In this document: piece after piece, positions 50,368 through 60,581 of the stretch
How the letters are laid out: every line of letters begins with the position of its first letter
Position numbering within the stretch: position 1 is the stretch's first letter
Virus record (IMG/VR): IMGVR_UViG_2740892229_000011
Direction: 5' to 3' (one strand)
Source: a virus
Lineage: Duplodnaviria > Heunggongvirae > Uroviricota > Caudoviricetes
Length of the DNA: 64,000 bases
Position numbers and translations under genes: made by a program
Notes under the pieces: model-generated
The model's database searches: none
What the model was told of the DNA's origin: nothing
Seen by the model: the letters and a program-made list of their open reading frames with translations, nothing else

Positions 50368-51510
50368 ATGTCATATTCAACGTTCCGTTTGGGTGCTAAT
50401 GATGCAACCAAAGAGCCTATGTTCCTCGGACAATCTGTCAACGTGGCACGTTACGATCAGCAAAAATACCGTGATTTTGAAAAGTTGATTGAACGTCAAT
50501 TGTCTTTCTTCTGGCGGCCGGAAGAAGTTGATATTTCGAGCGATCGTATCGACTTCAACACGAAGCTGCGTGACCACGAACGTCACATTTTTCTGAGCAA
50601 TCTCCGTTATCAAACGTTACTCGACTCAGTTCAGGGACGTAGCCCAAATGCAACGCTGCTGCCGCTTATCTCTATTCCTGAACTGGAAACGTGGGTTGAA
50701 ACATGGTCTTTCTCTGAGACTATCCATAGCCGCAGCTACACCCACATTATTCGTGGCATGGTGGACGATCCGAGCATTGTTTTTGACGGTATTGTTACGG
50801 ATGAAGAAATCATCAACCGAGCGATCAGTATCTCTGCTGAATATGACAGGCTTTATGGGATGACCTGCGAGCGCCAGTCGTTAGGTGAGAAAGAGTTTGA
50901 ACGTCTGTACGTAAATGAATATGGCTGGGAGCCATACCCTTTGCACCGTCAGCTTTTCCGCACGTTGGTGTCCATTAATGCGCTTGAGGCGATCCGTTTC
51001 TATGTAAGTTTTGCATGTACGTTTGCCTTTGGCGAACGGAAGTTGCTTGAGGGTAACACCAAAATTATGCGCTTTATTGCCCGTGATGAAGCTCTGCATT
51101 GCGAAGGAACTGAACGCATGATCCGCTTCATGCGTACCGGTCGCGAAGGTTTATTGTGGAAAGAGATTGCTGCTGATGAAGAAAACGTCATTTACGACAC
51201 CATGAAATCAGTCGCCGAACAAGAAATGAACTGGGCAGACTATCTCTTCAAAGACGGTTCGATGATTGGTTTAAACGCGGATATTCTGAAGACCTATGTA
51301 AAATACCGAACCAATCTGGCTATGAATCGTCTTGGCCTGAAGGCTTTATTTCCAGAAGTTACCACAGATCCGCTGGTCTGGATGAACAAGTGGTTGTTAA
51401 CCGACACACTGCAAATTGCACCACAAGAGGCAGAGCAAAGCACATATCTGGTAGGTCAGATCGATTCTACCGTGGACAAGGCTTCTCTAAGCCAGTTTGC
51501 AGACCTGTAA
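50368..51510 (+). CDS. nrdB: Ribonucleotide reductase class Ia beta subunit
   Basis: 380 aa; di-iron ligand regions '[13 protein letters not shown]' and '[10 protein letters not shown]'; adjacent to nrdA. Confidence 0.8.
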   Translation: MSYSTFRLGANDATKEPMFLGQSVNVARYDQQKYRDFEKLIERQLSFFWRPEEVDISSDRIDFNTKLRDHERHIFLSNLRYQTLLDSVQGRSPNATLLPLISIPELETWVETWSFSETIHSRSYTHIIRGMVDDPSIVFDGIVTDEEIINRAISISAEYDRLYGMTCERQSLGEKEFERLYVNEYGWEPYPLHRQLFRTLVSINALEAIRFYVSFACTFAFGERKLLEGNTKIMRFIARDEALHCEGTERMIRFMRTGREGLLWKEIAADEENVIYDTMKSVAEQEMNWADYLFKDGSMIGLNADILKTYVKYRTNLAMNRLGLKALFPEVTTDPLVWMNKWLLTDTLQIAPQEAEQSTYLVGQIDSTVDKASLSQFADL

Positions 51511-51587
51511 ACCGATACAAAGCATTATGTGGCCTGGCAACGCTGGGCCACAATGGATCACAAGAATTAAGAAGGAACAAAACTAGC

Positions 51588-52457
51588 ATGAACTTTACCA
51601 AACTGACTGACCACCTGAAACTTGCCACCGATCGTCTCATTGGATTTAAGCCAGAACCATATGAGTTGCATGAAGGTCATGGTGTAGCTACTGAAAGTAT
51701 TTACAAGATGGTCGATCAGTTTCATGAACTCTTCCAGCATCCGAGACGCGTTATGCCGACACCAGAGCTGCTTCGTCTCCGTGCAAGCCTGATTCATGAA
51801 GAAGCTGTAGTGGAAGGTATTCCAGCTGCAATGAATGGGGATATTGAGCAACTGCTGGATGCAATGGCCGACTTTTTATACGTTGGTGTTGGTACGATGG
51901 TCGCCATCAAAGGTGGTATTTCTACCGGCATGACCTATTACACGCAGGAACAGAGCATTGATCGCTTTATGCAGACAATTTTTGTGCCCGGTAACACTGT
52001 TTTCGATGATATGGCAATGCCATTTCAGGAAGCTCGTGAGGCGTCATGTATGCTCGAAGAGCTGGCAGATAAACTTGAGAACAAGACTGTTAAGGATTCT
52101 GAGCTGATTCAGGAACTGCGCCGTGTCATGAACAAAATCTATGTGGCGTGCATGATGACCTATCGACTGGCTGATTTCCTCGGTATCAATGTAGTCGAGC
52201 TGGTTGGCGAAATTCATCGGTCTAACATGACAAAATTATGGCCTGCTGATGTAGAGGAACGTCGCCAGGCTGTGGCCAACTGCAAATACGACTCTTCAGA
52301 CCTGGGATTTCGCCATGCTGATGGTACCGATAAGATGATCGGTTTTCGAATTTCCGATGGAAAGATTCTGAAGTCTCCAACCTATAGTGATGTCGATTTA
52401 TCCTCCTTTGTTGAGCAAGCTAAAGCCTCAGCAATGTACGGAATGATCAAAAAATAA
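51588..52457 (+). CDS. Hypothetical protein, possible all-alpha NTP pyrophosphohydrolase (MazG-like)
   Basis: Start at ATG 51588 after RBS 'aaggaaca'; 'LIHEEAVVEGIP...DIEQLLDAMADFLYV' resembles the EExxE...D metal-binding pattern of that family; weak. Confidence 0.3.
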   Translation: MNFTKLTDHLKLATDRLIGFKPEPYELHEGHGVATESIYKMVDQFHELFQHPRRVMPTPELLRLRASLIHEEAVVEGIPAAMNGDIEQLLDAMADFLYVGVGTMVAIKGGISTGMTYYTQEQSIDRFMQTIFVPGNTVFDDMAMPFQEAREASCMLEELADKLENKTVKDSELIQELRRVMNKIYVACMMTYRLADFLGINVVELVGEIHRSNMTKLWPADVEERRQAVANCKYDSSDLGFRHADGTDKMIGFRISDGKILKSPTYSDVDLSSFVEQAKASAMYGMIKK

Positions 52458-52525
52458 TTGTAGGTAGTTATCTATCTATGTATATTGTGTTGGCGCGTTA
52501 AATTCCTGAAACAACTATTCGTTTT

Positions 52526-52551
52526 TGGTGGCCTATGGCCACCATTTTTTT
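52526..52551 (+). terminator. Rho-independent terminator
   Basis: 'tggtggcctatggccacca' followed by 'ttttttt'. Confidence 0.65.
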
Positions 52552-52601
52552 ATCTATCTGGCCTTGTTCCCTCAATAAATGTAAACTCACGTAATGAATA
52601 A

Positions 52602-53732
52602 GTGGTTACTTATCTTTGTGAGGTTTTTGTGTCACTCCTTTTGAATCGTGAGCATACGAACGGTCAGGTAACAAACGCATCGTATGCAAAAGTTATTGAG
52701 ACGGTGCTTAAAAGCGGCGTGCAGGCTGATGATCGCACAGGCACTGGTACTTTAAGCACCTGCTACGTTCCCTCTTACTACATGCTTACTGGTGGGACTG
52801 TGCCGCTTATTTCTGGAAAGGCGGTAAATCTTAAGCCACTGCTTGTCGAACTTGAGTGGTATCTGAAAGGCACGGGCAACATCCAATTTCTCAAGGATAA
52901 CGGCGTTAAGATTTGGGATGCATGGGCCGATGAGAATGGCGATTTGGGGCCGGTTTACGGTAAGCAGTGGCGTCGATGGGAAGATACCCGCATCGTGAGC
53001 CATAGTGAATATCTGAGCAAGATCGATACTTTCCGTGAACGCGGGTACAAAGTCGAGGGATACCTGGGTATCAGTGAAGATCGCGTAGTGCTGTCCCGTG
53101 AAATCGATCAGCTACAGCGTATTGTCGATACACTGCGCACGAACCCTACCGATCGTCGCATCATGCTTAACGCATGGAACGTAGGCGAGCTTGAGGATAT
53201 GAAACTGCCACCTTGCCACTTTGTCTTCTCTTTGTGGAGTCGTGAGCTGGATTTTGAAACCCGTTTAACGATGGCAACTGACATTGGTCTTCAACACAGT
53301 CGCCTCGGTTACGAGTCTATCTACACCAAGATGCTATACGATCTGGAGATGGACGGCAGTGTTACTGAAGCTGAACTGGATGAACTTGGAATCCCCAAAC
53401 GCATCCTCAACTCCTGCCTCGTACAGCGTAGCGTAGACACTTTTGTTGGTATGCCATTCAATATTGCTGGCTATGGCATTCTCACTCATTTTCTCGCGAA
53501 GATTACGGGTCACATGGCCGGTGCATTTGTGCATTTTGGCTTTGACGTGCATTTGTACAACAACCACATGGAAGGTGTGTGTGAGCTAATGAAACGACAA
53601 GCTCCAGAGCATTCAGATCCGGTCGTTATTTTCCCTCATGAATGGTCAGAGTTGGATGATTTCAAATGGGACGAGATTTTAATTCTTGGCTATGACCCTC
53701 TACCGTGGATCAAGGTTCCAGTGGCGGTGTGA
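52602..53732 (+). CDS. Thymidylate synthase family protein (ThyA / dUMP-modifying), enlarged with insertions
   Basis: 'DRTGTGTLS', catalytic 'LPPCHFVF', and 'MPFNIAGYGILTHFLAKITGH...FGFDVHLYNNH' match ThyA-family motifs; 376 aa is about 100 aa longer than typical ThyA; exact start uncertain (listed start is GTG). Confidence 0.7.
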   Translation: MVTYLCEVFVSLLLNREHTNGQVTNASYAKVIETVLKSGVQADDRTGTGTLSTCYVPSYYMLTGGTVPLISGKAVNLKPLLVELEWYLKGTGNIQFLKDNGVKIWDAWADENGDLGPVYGKQWRRWEDTRIVSHSEYLSKIDTFRERGYKVEGYLGISEDRVVLSREIDQLQRIVDTLRTNPTDRRIMLNAWNVGELEDMKLPPCHFVFSLWSRELDFETRLTMATDIGLQHSRLGYESIYTKMLYDLEMDGSVTEAELDELGIPKRILNSCLVQRSVDTFVGMPFNIAGYGILTHFLAKITGHMAGAFVHFGFDVHLYNNHMEGVCELMKRQAPEHSDPVVIFPHEWSELDDFKWDEILILGYDPLPWIKVPVAV

Positions 53733-53733
53733 T

Positions 53734-54147
53734 ATGGCAAGAGGTATGTATGTCTTATGCGAAATTGAAGGTGTGCTGGCAAATACCAGTCATCGTAAAT
53801 CTGTATCTGACGCGGATGCAGGCCAGCTCATTGCCGGTGATGAACTCATTTTCCCCACCAGCCGTATGTTGCGTGGTTTTGCTCGCTCAGGGGCTGAAGT
53901 GGTGCTTATCAGTAGCCGCTCTGAAACTCTTGAAGCGCCCACTAAACGATGGCTGAAAGATTTTGGCGTTGATTACGACTGGCTTCATCTCGTACCGAAT
54001 AGCACCAGTTATGAGAAGCATATTAAACGCACATTAGCGGAGCATAAAGGCGATCTGCTTATCGCTGCGCTGGTGCACGATCCTCGACTCCGTGCCGCTT
54101 TAGCTGACTCTCATCATAGACCGGTCATCTATGAGGTGAGCAAATGA
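53734..54147 (+). CDS. Hypothetical protein
   Basis: Start at ATG 53734 immediately after the thymidylate synthase stop; 137 aa. Confidence 0.35.
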   Translation: MARGMYVLCEIEGVLANTSHRKSVSDADAGQLIAGDELIFPTSRMLRGFARSGAEVVLISSRSETLEAPTKRWLKDFGVDYDWLHLVPNSTSYEKHIKRTLAEHKGDLLIAALVHDPRLRAALADSHHRPVIYEVSK

Positions 54148-54620
54148 AGATGATAGCTGCTGTTGGCCGTAACTATGAGATCGGCATAGCGAACGAACTG
54201 CCCTGGCGTTGTTCTACCGATCTGAAGCTATTTAAGAGACTCACCAAAAACGCCACTGTCGTTATGGGGCGTAAAACGATGGAAAGTCTCAAACGCCCTC
54301 TTCCAGAGCGTCATAACCTCGTTTTGACGCGCTCTCATGGCTTTGTACCAAATGGATTCTACCCTGCTGGTGTGGATGATGTGTTGCGATTACCAGAGCC
54401 TGTGTGGGTGATTGGCGGGGAACAAATTTACTCGCTATTCATGCCGCATGTTGAAGAGATTTGGCTCTCCCACATCGGCGTTGATGTGCCAAACGCCGAT
54501 GCATTCTTCCCGGCAAGCATGATGCGTAATTTAGGCTTTGTGCCTGTTGAAACAGTTTTTACCCAACGAGCCAGCGAGGAAGAGCCTGGCTTTTCGCAGA
54601 TCGTATACAGAAGGTCGTAA
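54144..54620 (+). CDS. Dihydrofolate reductase
   Basis: 'MIAAVGRNYEIGIANELPWR...VVMGRKTMESL...VIGGEQIY' matches DHFR family signatures; 158 aa. Confidence 0.8.
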   Translation: MKMIAAVGRNYEIGIANELPWRCSTDLKLFKRLTKNATVVMGRKTMESLKRPLPERHNLVLTRSHGFVPNGFYPAGVDDVLRLPEPVWVIGGEQIYSLFMPHVEEIWLSHIGVDVPNADAFFPASMMRNLGFVPVETVFTQRASEEEPGFSQIVYRRS

Positions 54621-55264
54621 TGGATTACCGGATTGGGATCACTGGTGCTCAGGGCAGTGGGAAAACAACCCTGGCAAAATATATCGACAAACATTACGGA
54701 ATCCCTTACGTGGATGCTGGGGTCGGAAGTTTGATGAGCCGACTCGGTGTTCGAGTAGGTGAGTCTATGCCTCTATATGAGCGGCTTCAGATTCAAATGG
54801 AAATAGCAAAGCATATAGAGCTACTTACGCGTGGTGTTGAAGGCTTTGTTATCGATCGCACACCTGCTGATGTTATGGCCTACACGTTGGATTTGGTCGG
54901 CCATACCAATGAAGATCGATGTATTGAGTTAGCCCTCGATATCGAAAAGTTTTGCCACAAAACTGCTATTTCAAACTTTAACGCCATTGCTGGCCTACGC
55001 CCGGGGGTCGCTCTCTCAGAGCGAGATTACTTGCGGTCACAACGAGCATCATTAGACCGTCTGTATGTCGCTCGTATTGATGCGTTGATGTGCGGGGAAC
55101 TGACAAAAATTCACCTGCATCCGCAAAGGGGAGATCTGCAAACCTTCGTCGTTTCCAACCGGTATCGCACAGTTGAAGCAAGAGCCAGATCAGTAATGAG
55201 AATGCTCGATAACGCGGTAGAAAAGATAGAAAACCGCTTCTGTGGCCGAGTAACCGTTCATTAG
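54620..55264 (+). CDS. P-loop nucleotide kinase (putative dNMP kinase-like)
   Basis: Walker A 'GITGAQGSGKTT' at the N-terminus; 214 aa; nucleotide-metabolism gene neighbourhood. Confidence 0.5.
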   Translation: MDYRIGITGAQGSGKTTLAKYIDKHYGIPYVDAGVGSLMSRLGVRVGESMPLYERLQIQMEIAKHIELLTRGVEGFVIDRTPADVMAYTLDLVGHTNEDRCIELALDIEKFCHKTAISNFNAIAGLRPGVALSERDYLRSQRASLDRLYVARIDALMCGELTKIHLHPQRGDLQTFVVSNRYRTVEARARSVMRMLDNAVEKIENRFCGRVTVH

Positions 55265-55325
55265 AAATTGTTCGCCTCTTCGACATTGCGACAATAAAAC
55301 TCTCAAAATGGGTTAAGGATAAAAA

Positions 55326-55745
55326 ATGTTTAGTGAAATGTTGCTTGAAGATGAACTGGATCGGAAAACAACAGAGGCTTTGATTCGTGTAGCGGACGAA
55401 CATTCCCGGTCGCTTATGAGCGATCGAGAGGCTCGTCTGGCTATTCGTGCCATATTCGAAACTGCGCAGGGGCTTGTTGGCGCACAAGTAGGTGAAGCCA
55501 TTAACATCGCCATGTCTCAGTTCAGTGAAGACAGTAAAAAGCCTCTGTTTCCTATGCATTTGATGCTGGCTGGTGGCACGGTGCTTTATATCTCTGTTTG
55601 TCTGGATAGCAACCAAATCAATATTCTCAACACTGCGTCAGGTAAGTGGAAAGATCCGATTGTCTGTGAAACCAGTGAAGAAACTTTGAAAAAAGCGGCT
55701 CAATTTGTACGTAGCGCACTACTTAAGGGCGCTAAGAAGTTGTAA
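55326..55745 (+). CDS. Hypothetical protein
   Basis: 139-aa ORF. Confidence 0.4.
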   Translation: MFSEMLLEDELDRKTTEALIRVADEHSRSLMSDREARLAIRAIFETAQGLVGAQVGEAINIAMSQFSEDSKKPLFPMHLMLAGGTVLYISVCLDSNQINILNTASGKWKDPIVCETSEETLKKAAQFVRSALLKGAKKL

Positions 55746-55754
55746 GGAGTTCTG

Positions 55755-56312
55755 ATGACAACGATTGTTGCAGGCATCGATATCGAGTCTACGGGACTGG
55801 ATTTCCTTGCTGGTCATAAAATTATTGAAATCGCAATTACCCGCTATGAACTGGAGACACAGAGACATATTGATAGTCTGGAGATGCGTTTTAACCCTCG
55901 CAGAAACATAGATCCGAAAGCTCAAGCCGTTCATGGCATTTCATTAGAACAGCTCGCAGCTGAACCTTTGTTGTCAAATCATGCCAGCGAAATTGGCGCT
56001 TATATGGGGGCATGTAGTGCGTGGATTGCTCATAACGGCGAAGCGTTTGATATACCATTTATTCGACACGAGTTTTCAGGGTATGGAGTAAGACTGCCAG
56101 ACGTTCCCGTTATAGATACTATGTTATCGGGATTGTGGGCCACAGAAGACGGTAAACGTCCTCGCCTTGAAGAATTGGCCTTCTCTCTTGGCTTTATATA
56201 CGATCATGCCAAAGCACATAGTGCCTTATATGACACAAACTTAATGATGCAATGCTTCTTTAAGGCACGTAATAAATACGGATTTTTTAAATTACCCTCT
56301 GAAATTGTGTAA
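55755..56312 (+). CDS. DnaQ-like 3'-5' exonuclease (DEDDh)
   Basis: Exo I 'GIDIESTGL', Exo II 'HNGEAFDIPFI', Exo III 'HSALYDT'. Confidence 0.75.
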   Translation: MTTIVAGIDIESTGLDFLAGHKIIEIAITRYELETQRHIDSLEMRFNPRRNIDPKAQAVHGISLEQLAAEPLLSNHASEIGAYMGACSAWIAHNGEAFDIPFIRHEFSGYGVRLPDVPVIDTMLSGLWATEDGKRPRLEELAFSLGFIYDHAKAHSALYDTNLMMQCFFKARNKYGFFKLPSEIV

Positions 56313-56317
56313 AACAA

Positions 56318-56356
56318 AAGCCTGCTTTAAAGAGAGTTTGAAGCAGGCTTTCTTTT
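56318..56356 (+). terminator. Rho-independent terminator
   Basis: 'aagcctgctt...aagcaggctt' hairpin followed by 'tctttt'. Confidence 0.65.
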
Positions 56357-56472
56357 AAAGAACAGTCGCCTTTCAATCATTTCCTGCCTGTATTTAATAC
56401 TTTTCCGCCTGATAGGTTTAGTCAAAATGTAGCCATCGAAACGCAAATGCAACTAAACAGAAGGAGACTTAC

Positions 56473-57282
56473 ATGAGTTCGGTTGAAAATGTAATGACAA
56501 ATGATGATCTGGATGAGCTGACAGCCATGTTGCAATCACTTGATGAACCAGTAAAAAAAGCTGCACAGGTTGAAAATACTGATGATATTGACGATCTGCT
56601 TCTCGGCCTCGATGCTGGCGTAGCCATGAGTTCTGATGATGTTGCCGAAGAACTGTTCAATGAAGAAAAAGCAGGTGATTTCAGCTCCGCTTTAAATGAG
56701 TTGGAGTTAGCTCATGAGCCTATAAACGTAATTAAGGCTGAAAGTGTTGAATCTGCCGAAAACGAGCCAGAACAATTGGGATTTATTGAGGTTGAAGAGT
56801 GTGTTGAGGTTAATGATGAATTAAAAGTTCAACAGTCAAATGATAGCAATACAAATAAAATAGCTCGTACTGCAAGAGGTCCTCGTTTTACTTTAAGTGA
56901 TAAAGATGATTTGTTTTTCAATAAAGCAGGCTTAGAAAAAGATATTTTCTTAGACGCTTACGAAAACGCGCCTGTCAAAGCAAAGGATAAGATATTAAAC
57001 CTTCTTAATTGGTTTAGCGGAGGTCCAGATATTAGTGTTTACACGGTAATTTCCATGAGACACCTTCTCACAGAAAAGAAGGCTACAAGTAATAGTATTA
57101 AGATTGCTTTAATGAGCAATCCAGAAAAACCGTATCCGCTTAACACTGCGTCAACTCAGGCTGGGCAAATGATGGCTGTATTTCCAGCTACAGGAATTGC
57201 TGTTAGAGACGGTGGAAATCTAACATTGAACGAAGAATCACCGATCGTTAAGAAGTTTGTCGCGGAGTACACTATTGGATGA
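56473..57282 (+). CDS. Hypothetical acidic protein
   Basis: 269-aa ORF with a strongly acidic N-terminal half. Confidence 0.4.
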   Translation: MSSVENVMTNDDLDELTAMLQSLDEPVKKAAQVENTDDIDDLLLGLDAGVAMSSDDVAEELFNEEKAGDFSSALNELELAHEPINVIKAESVESAENEPEQLGFIEVEECVEVNDELKVQQSNDSNTNKIARTARGPRFTLSDKDDLFFNKAGLEKDIFLDAYENAPVKAKDKILNLLNWFSGGPDISVYTVISMRHLLTEKKATSNSIKIALMSNPEKPYPLNTASTQAGQMMAVFPATGIAVRDGGNLTLNEESPIVKKFVAEYTIG

Positions 57283-57464
57283 CGTTCCCCTACTGAAAAT
57301 AAAGCCCATAGAGAGCTTTATAGTGCTGGGTAAGCTAACCCATACCCAGCACCACAAAAACGCGCCAGAGAGCTTCTTGTTCGCATTTCTGGCGCGTTTT
57401 ATTTTATTGCCATACATAAAATCAAATGCAAAAATAGGTAATCACTTACCTACCGAGAAAGAAG

Positions 57465-58058
57465 ATGATTGCAGCCGAAAAAATCAAACAGCGAAAGCGC
57501 GACAACTCTCTTCGTGACCTCTGGAGAACACCTGATTGGCTGTTTTCTGCCATTCAACGTTATCTTGGAGTGACATTTGATGTTGACGTTGCCTGCAACA
57601 AGGACAATGCAAAGCTGCCTATTTTCATAGGCGTTGAGCGCGATGCTTTGAAATCTGAATGGGGGCAGCCAGGTACAATTGCCTTCCTCAATCCACCCTA
57701 CTCCAAAATCTCCCCCTGGATTGATGCGGCTATACGTGAGCAGGCTCGCGGAGTTACAACAGTGATGCTAATTCCTCAATCCCTCGATACAAAGTGGTAT
57801 GAGCGTGCAACAGAGTGTGCGAATGAGACGATTATTCTGTCTGGTGGCCGCGTAGCGTTTGTCGAGCCTGACGTCAATTTGGGTCAGGTAGAAGTAAACA
57901 TCAACCCCGGTGGCAGTATGCTCGTTGTTTTTCGAGGATTCTGTCAGGACGCTGGGCACTCTATAAGCAAGATCCCTTTGGACGTCATGAAAAGTCTGGG
58001 AGGGTATGATCCTGCGAATGTGATCAGGAAAAAAAGACCATCAAAGAAGGCTGCTTAG
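57465..58058 (+). CDS. Phage-type DNA N6-adenine methyltransferase (Dam-like)
   Basis: 'FLNPPYSKISPWIDAA' (NPPY catalytic motif); 197 aa. Confidence 0.7.
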   Translation: MIAAEKIKQRKRDNSLRDLWRTPDWLFSAIQRYLGVTFDVDVACNKDNAKLPIFIGVERDALKSEWGQPGTIAFLNPPYSKISPWIDAAIREQARGVTTVMLIPQSLDTKWYERATECANETIILSGGRVAFVEPDVNLGQVEVNINPGGSMLVVFRGFCQDAGHSISKIPLDVMKSLGGYDPANVIRKKRPSKKAA

Positions 58059-58080
58059 TTTGTTCTGGCGTCTGTAATTA

Positions 58081-58150
58081 GCCTGCTTCTGTATATAAAT
58101 AACTACATATTAATTATTAATATACGGAAGCAGGCTGTTTTATATCAGAG
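58081..58150 (+). terminator. Long AT-loop hairpin (terminator-like); second copy of the element at 10038-10095
   Basis: 'gcctgcttctgtatata...tatacggaagcaggc' then 'tgtttt'; near-identical stem sequence at 10038-10091. Confidence 0.5.
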
Positions 58151-58218
58151 ACTCCCAGACCTGAACACCACTACAGAATCCACTAGAACCCCTTCCCAGA
58201 CGCTTTAAAATCGATTTT

Positions 58219-58473
58219 ATGAACCACTTTAAGGAAACCAACATGTCATACCCGACTAATGTCGTTGCGCTCGTAGAGAGCGATTTTCTGGCCCAGGCTC
58301 GTGAAATGATGAAAGATCGTGAGCAGGCTTTCAACTTGTACGAGTGGGCAATTAAGTGCTTGCATCTTGGCGAGCATCGCGAACTTGTTGAACAGCTTTT
58401 AGGTGAGTTGATCAATGAGGTGTTTGCCTTGAATGTTCAACTACATGGTCGAGAAAATAATCAATCAAAATGA
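58219..58473 (+). CDS. Hypothetical small protein
   Basis: 84-aa ORF. Confidence 0.4.
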   Translation: MNHFKETNMSYPTNVVALVESDFLAQAREMMKDREQAFNLYEWAIKCLHLGEHRELVEQLLGELINEVFALNVQLHGRENNQSK

Positions 58474-59056
58474 TAGATAAGTACAAACTATTCATAAAGT
58501 GAATTGTAAGTGCTAAGATCTGATAGTTTCCAGTCGTAGACTGGAGGCTCGACCTGATGGGTGGGGGTAAGCGTCACTGGCGTCAGGTTTAAAAAAGCTC
58601 ACTACCAGCGTAGAACCGGTGCCGTATAGGTGTCGGGGAAGGGGGAACCAAAGTGAGCGGAGACAAGGGTCACTTTATGATTGTCGAGTCTGGGGTGTTT
58701 CGAGAGGTTGAATCCAGTACTCCCCTTCATAAAGTGTGGGAAGATCTCGGTTCTGGGGTGCTGTCATCCATAACTTCCCAAGTCTAAGCTGGCAGTAGAC
58801 TTAGACCATAGCTTTTCAGGTTATGAAACGACCAGGTTGGTGAGGAATTTTATACTCACCTCCCTGGGAGAGTATTACCTGAAAAGACAACCTCTCACTT
58901 CGTTCGAGGTGAACTTCACTCACTTCGTTCGTTCAGTTCAGGTTTATAAAAACCTGTTCTGGGAAGTAATTTGTTTATTTTAATAATTATTAACACGCAC
59001 GCGTGTGCGCACGCGCGAGGAAAAAAATCGGCGCGGCGCTTGATTCAGGAGTTTAT

Positions 59057-59647
59057 ATGACGACGAAGACACCAGCCCGATCGCAAGCAAAAACTCGCAA
59101 AAAAGCCAAAAACAAAAATTCTCCCCGCACCAATCCCACAACGCCTGTCGTAGAGTTCAATCCCCAGCTTAAAACCGTGAAAATCTTCAGTGATGGCTCT
59201 TGCCTTAAAAATCCGGGTGGCCCGGGCGGTTACGGTATCGTTCTTCAGTATCGTGGAGAGGAACGCGAGTTCTCAGATGGTTTTCATAGCACCACCAATA
59301 ACCGCATGGAGATGATGGGGGCACTTATCGGGCTGGAGCGTTTGAAATATCCATGCAACGTTATTTTGCACTCTGATAGCCAGTATCTGAAAAACGGCAT
59401 GACACAGTGGATGAAATGGTGGAAACGCAATGGATGGATGACTTCTGACAAAAAACCGGTAAAGAATGTTGATCTGTGGAAGCGTCTGGATGAGGCCGCA
59501 AGTCGACATAATGTTCGCTGGAAGTGGGTTAAAGGTCACGCCGGGCATCGTGAAAATGAAATATGTGATCGACTCGCGAAGATCGCAGCTTTTTCAGCAG
59601 CAGATATGCCTCACAAGAAAGATATTGGTTTTGTTTATAACAAGTAG
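59057..59647 (+). CDS. rnhA: Ribonuclease HI
   Basis: '[23 protein letters not shown]', '[10 protein letters not shown]', '[23 protein letters not shown]', '[22 protein letters not shown]' match RNase H family signatures; start set at ATG 59057 after 'aggag'. Confidence 0.8.
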   Translation: MTTKTPARSQAKTRKKAKNKNSPRTNPTTPVVEFNPQLKTVKIFSDGSCLKNPGGPGGYGIVLQYRGEEREFSDGFHSTTNNRMEMMGALIGLERLKYPCNVILHSDSQYLKNGMTQWMKWWKRNGWMTSDKKPVKNVDLWKRLDEAASRHNVRWKWVKGHAGHRENEICDRLAKIAAFSAADMPHKKDIGFVYNK

Positions 59648-59795
59648 TAAGTAAGTGTTTACCTATCATTTTAAATCATGTATCTTATCGGCGTCAGGAT
59701 GACAATGTGTCGGTAAGACACAGTTCCAGGATGGAACGAGAAAGGCGGCTGGCAATCGCCAGCCGCAACTCTTTCTGACACTGGATGGGGTCCAC

Positions 59796-60290
59796 ATGGC
59801 ACGTCAAACCTATTTCACTTCTGCAACTAAACGTCCTCGTTCTTTACGTCAAATTTTGGCCGAATTATTTAGCGGTCGTGTTATGTCACGTCTTGATGAA
59901 CTAGAGACTACCGTTCGGTTGCTGAATGAACGTTTAGATAATCAAGCGTCAGTTGTTGCGAACGTGGGGGCGATTGTTGCCTCTGGTTCTTCACGCGAAG
60001 CGAAAAATGCACGGCCTTTAGTGAAGGAGAAAAACAACAAGGACAGTTCGAATGGAAAATTTTCAAAGAAAGAGGCTGAAACCAATGGCCTACGTTCTCA
60101 TTATAGTTTCACTGGCGACGGTAGCCGTTCCAGCCGGTCAGTGCCTTTTGATGCCGGATTCATCCATCACCACACCTTCGTCGACGACAATTACCACCAC
60201 TCCAGTGGAGCGTCCTGTCACTCTGGATGGGATGGCGGTGGATGCGATACCTCAAGTTCATCCAGTTACTCAGGATCATGCTGTGACTAA
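59796..60290 (+). CDS. Hypothetical protein with Ser/Cys-rich C-terminus
   Basis: 164-aa ORF; low-complexity tail. Confidence 0.3.
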   Translation: MARQTYFTSATKRPRSLRQILAELFSGRVMSRLDELETTVRLLNERLDNQASVVANVGAIVASGSSREAKNARPLVKEKNNKDSSNGKFSKKEAETNGLRSHYSFTGDGSRSSRSVPFDAGFIHHHTFVDDNYHHSSGASCHSGWDGGGCDTSSSSSYSGSCCD

Positions 60291-60299
60291 GGCGGTTGT

Positions 60300-60488
60300 A
60301 TGAACTGGTTTTCAAATCACTTTGGAAAAATTTGGCTGGCAATTCTTGCCCTCATGGCCGCCGGTTGGGTATCGAACATTATAAAACTTGTTTGCTCTGG
60401 CGATCTCCAGTTTCAGGCTGGTATGACCTTGGCTCGTGTAGTTGGGATTTTTATTTTTCCAGTCGGTTCGGTACTTGGTTATTTCTGA
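60300..60488 (+). CDS. Small membrane protein
   Basis: 62 aa, two hydrophobic helices. Confidence 0.3.
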   Translation: MNWFSNHFGKIWLAILALMAAGWVSNIIKLVCSGDLQFQAGMTLARVVGIFIFPVGSVLGYF

Positions 60489-60581
60489 CGGTTGTTAGTG
60501 CATATGCATTGACCGTCTTTGCGTAAGCAATTTATTTAACTAGAAAACAACTTGTTTTGACAAATAACAAAAGGAAAACAC

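Noticed and set aside
51390-51587. N-terminal extension of the ORF listed as 51390..52457
   Set aside because: The extension overlaps the nrdB 3' end and lacks a ribosome-binding site; an ATG with a good RBS at 51588 is the likelier start.
58474-59002. Naming the ORF-free segment as a specific ncRNA class (large ornate RNA, group I intron, tmRNA, RNase P RNA)
   Set aside because: I could not recognise any class-defining conserved sequence blocks by eye and no split host gene flanks it; it is reported only as an unexplained structured region.
59003-59056. Upstream extension of the RNase HI ORF starting 'MCARARKK'
   Set aside because: The extension reads through a GC-rich palindrome and lacks an RBS; the ATG at 59057 preceded by 'aggag' is the preferred start.
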